Source of the DNA: Octopus sinensis
Taxonomy: Eukaryota
NCBI RefSeq assembly: GCF_006345805.1
Contig: NC_042998.1
Span: forward strand, 144,274,001 to 144,338,000
DNA length: 64,000 nucleotides
Direction: 5' to 3'
Shown here: one piece after another, positions 61,339 through 64,000 of the stretch
How the letters are laid out: every line of letters begins with the position of its first letter
How positions within the stretch are numbered: the stretch's first letter is position 1
Made by a program: the position numbers and the translations under genes
The notes under the pieces: generated by a model
What the model saw: only the letters and a program-made list of their open reading frames with translations
Told to the model about the DNA's origin: nothing
The model's database searches: none

Positions 61339-61695
61339 GTTCGGCGGCGTATCCAGGGCGGCTGGTACCGGTAATAATGATGGTAACAAAAAAAGCTGGT
61401 CTAAGCGACAACCACCACTACCACGATCACGATGACAACAAAACTAATTTTCTTAGAACTAATCACAAGTTGCTGTCAAGAGGAAGATCCGGTCCCGGTG
61501 CAAAATTAACAGACGGATCTTTTAAATTGGTTCCCACTAACATAGATTACAATATGTGTATGTTATGTATATGGGTGCGAGTGCATATATTTATATCTAT
61601 ATATGTTATAAAAGAGTTTATTTTGGTGTCGTCCTCTTTTGCTGGAGGTTAACAGAATAATATAAAAATTCTCTTTGAACGGAGACCACCCCGGA
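61339..61695 (-). other. Putative 5' UTR part of the same exon
   Basis: A strong acceptor TTTTTCTATTTTTTAG|TCCGGGG on the minus strand at 61696/61695 implies an upstream non-coding exon, or a nearby transcription start. Confidence 0.35.
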
Positions 61696-63529
61696 CTAAA
61701 AAATAGAAAAATTTTATTACACACCCAAAATATGACAGCTATGGGTTGTTGACTTGTCTTTTGGATCTAGTTCATTAAATTTTACTTCAATTTCTCCTTC
61801 TTTCTTTCTTTCTCTCCCTCTCTTTCTCTATACATACATACATATAAATTTTTATCTTTTATCTCAACTTCTTCAGTTTTTTTTTCTCTCTCTCATTCAT
61901 TTCATCTTTCCCTCTCTATTGGCATGTGAGTGAAGCTCTAAATTTTTCTCTTTTTCTTTCTTTTCATTTTAAAATTATAAATCTATAAATGTATATTTTT
62001 TTCATTCTTACAGCCTATTTTCTTATAATGTTTATCTACACCATTCTTCAGTATGTGTGTGTGGTTGTAATTTTATTCCGCTTATACACCTCTATACATA
62101 TAAAAATATGTCACAGTGTCCGTTTGTATACAATATAACTATATATAACACTACTTGCTGTTTATATTAATGTCCCGGTGTGTGCTTTGAATTATAAATT
62201 TCTCTTTATTTATTTACTGTGTTTGTACTGCAGTAGGAGGAATAAATAATACATTCCTTAAGTTTTTACCAAACACATATCATGTGTTATTAGGCAATTT
62301 TGGATTTTCTATAATGCCAATGCTATAATGTATGTTTATCTAAGATGTGTGTGTGTGTACGTAAAAATCTTTGTATATTATTATACATTCCAAAACATCT
62401 TATACACATACAGACGCGTGTGTTGTGTCAATGTGTGGTGGTACCTCCTTGGGAATTAACTAATAAACTGAACATTATCTTGTATTTAGTTTAATGATTT
62501 ATATATTAACATAATCCTTTAGTCGTGAGTAACGACCACGACATGAAAAAATAGACAACATTATCAAAGAATACATTCTGCTAATTCCATCATTTTTTTT
62601 AAATTATTATTATTAATGCATTCCATTATTGATATATTCCACTACCTTTGTTGCTATCATACTTTTTCCTCTGAACGAACGAAAATATTTGTCCAACCAA
62701 CTGGGAATTCTTAGACATTATATTTATAGTCGCAAACCTGAAATCAGTTCCATTATAAATTTGTCCGCATTTTTGAAGCCGTTACAGGAACATTTTTGGT
62801 ATTTTTGTGTCAGTCTTCCGCTCACCATTCAGTGTAACTTCCTAATTGCCAGACGATCTTGAGGCTAGACGTAATTCACAGTGGTATTCCAAAGGACCTC
62901 AGGTGTTTTCCTTGGCACTCCGTCTTTCATCACACTCTAGTTGCAAGGACACATGCTGCCTGTAGTTAGCATTTTATTGTGTTGCTATTTGATACACTAT
63001 TCAGCATGCGATTCAACTATGATTTTTTTTTTTTATATTGGTGTGTGTGGGTGGGTATTTCCTGTACCTCTCAAATTTGCCAGTTGGTATTAAATTAATC
63101 GGTATTCATTCCCATAGAATCTGATTGCGACTTTGTTGCAATCTCTGCAATCCTTTTTAGCCAGTCGAAATTTTCAAATCAATGAAACCATTTTATTTTA
63201 AACTCCCCACTGTTATTATTGTTTCTTGTCTGATATAATGGTTCTTCGGGTTGGAAGTGAATAGGTCAGAATCAAAGAAAGGAAAATATTTCAGGAAGTG
63301 GTTGCCTGTATTCAGGAAATAGATTATATAGATAGACAGACAGGTGTGTATATGGATGGATGTTGTGTGTGTGTGTGTGTGCATATATTGTCTCTATATG
63401 TTGATATATATATGTACTTAAATATAAGCATGTGTATGTATATAAATATAAATCTATATGTGCATGTATATATGTGTGTGTATGTGTATATTTATATATA
63501 TATATCCTTTCTACAAAAGGCTCAATGCA

Positions 63530-63712
63530 TAACATTTTGAGGGGCTAGTTAATTACATTGACTCCAGTACATGACTGGTACTTATTTTATGAAGCCAGAA
63601 AGGATGAAGGGTGAAGTCAGCTTCAGTGAAATTTGAACTCAGAATGTAAAGACAGCGAAATGCTGCTAAGCATTTTGCCTGGCATGCTAACAATTCTACC
63701 AGCTTACCACCT
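63530..63712 (-). mobile_element. SINE family B, degraded
   Basis: GGTACTTATTTTAT...GAACTCAGAATGTAAAG...CAGCTTACCACC. Confidence 0.8.
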
Positions 63713-63713
63713 C

Positions 63714-64000
63714 ATGAGGTAATGAGTTCGATTCCCAGACCAGGCTGTGTGTTGTGTTCTTGAGCAAGACACTTTACTTCATGTTGCTCCAGTTCACTCA
63801 GCTGTAGAAATGAGTTGCGATGTTACTGGTGCCAAACTGTTTTGGCCTTTGCCTTTCCCTTGGATAACATTGGTGGCGTGGAGAGTGAAGGCTGGTGTGC
63901 ATGGGCAACTGTTGGTCTTCCATAAACAACCTTGCTTGAACTTGTGTCTTGGAGGGGAACTTTCTATGTGCAATCCCATGATCATTCATGTCCAAAGGGG
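63714..64000 (+). mobile_element. SINE family C, 5'-truncated, running to the window end
   Basis: Colinear with 57845-58130. Confidence 0.85.

Overview
Eukaryotic, strongly AT-rich, microsatellite-dense DNA. The repeat families look like those of a coleoid cephalopod, most likely Octopus; this is inferred from recognition, not a database search. No complete protein-coding gene lies in the window. One CpG-rich candidate first coding exon on the minus strand (61198-61338, MPSDRRRAS...QRTQ, then CAG|GTAAG) suggests that most of 1-61197 is one large intron, or that the downstream exons were not recognised. The rest is transposon debris. It includes three tRNA-headed SINE families, many RTE-type 3' tails, and a 5'-truncated RTE-like LINE with a C4HC3 PHD finger inside its RT domain. 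It also includes CR1-type, CRE-like and R4/Dong-like LINE remnants, a Gypsy LTR-gag-protease fragment fused to a Chapaev3-like transposase relic, a DD37D Tc1/mariner relic, Helitrons, piggyBac-like and mariner MITEs, and Penelope-like pieces. The main leads are: (1) recurrent minimal hammerhead-ribozyme-like motifs that all have U at core position 6; (2) the PHD finger inside an RT whose family abuts (TA)n; (3) two SINE subfamilies inserted at the same site in neighbouring copies of a local repeat; (4) a perfect 40-bp hairpin nested in inverted retroposon tails; (5) a SINE-LINE pair sharing a 3' tail. Nearly all ORFs in the supplied track come from microsatellites or repeats.
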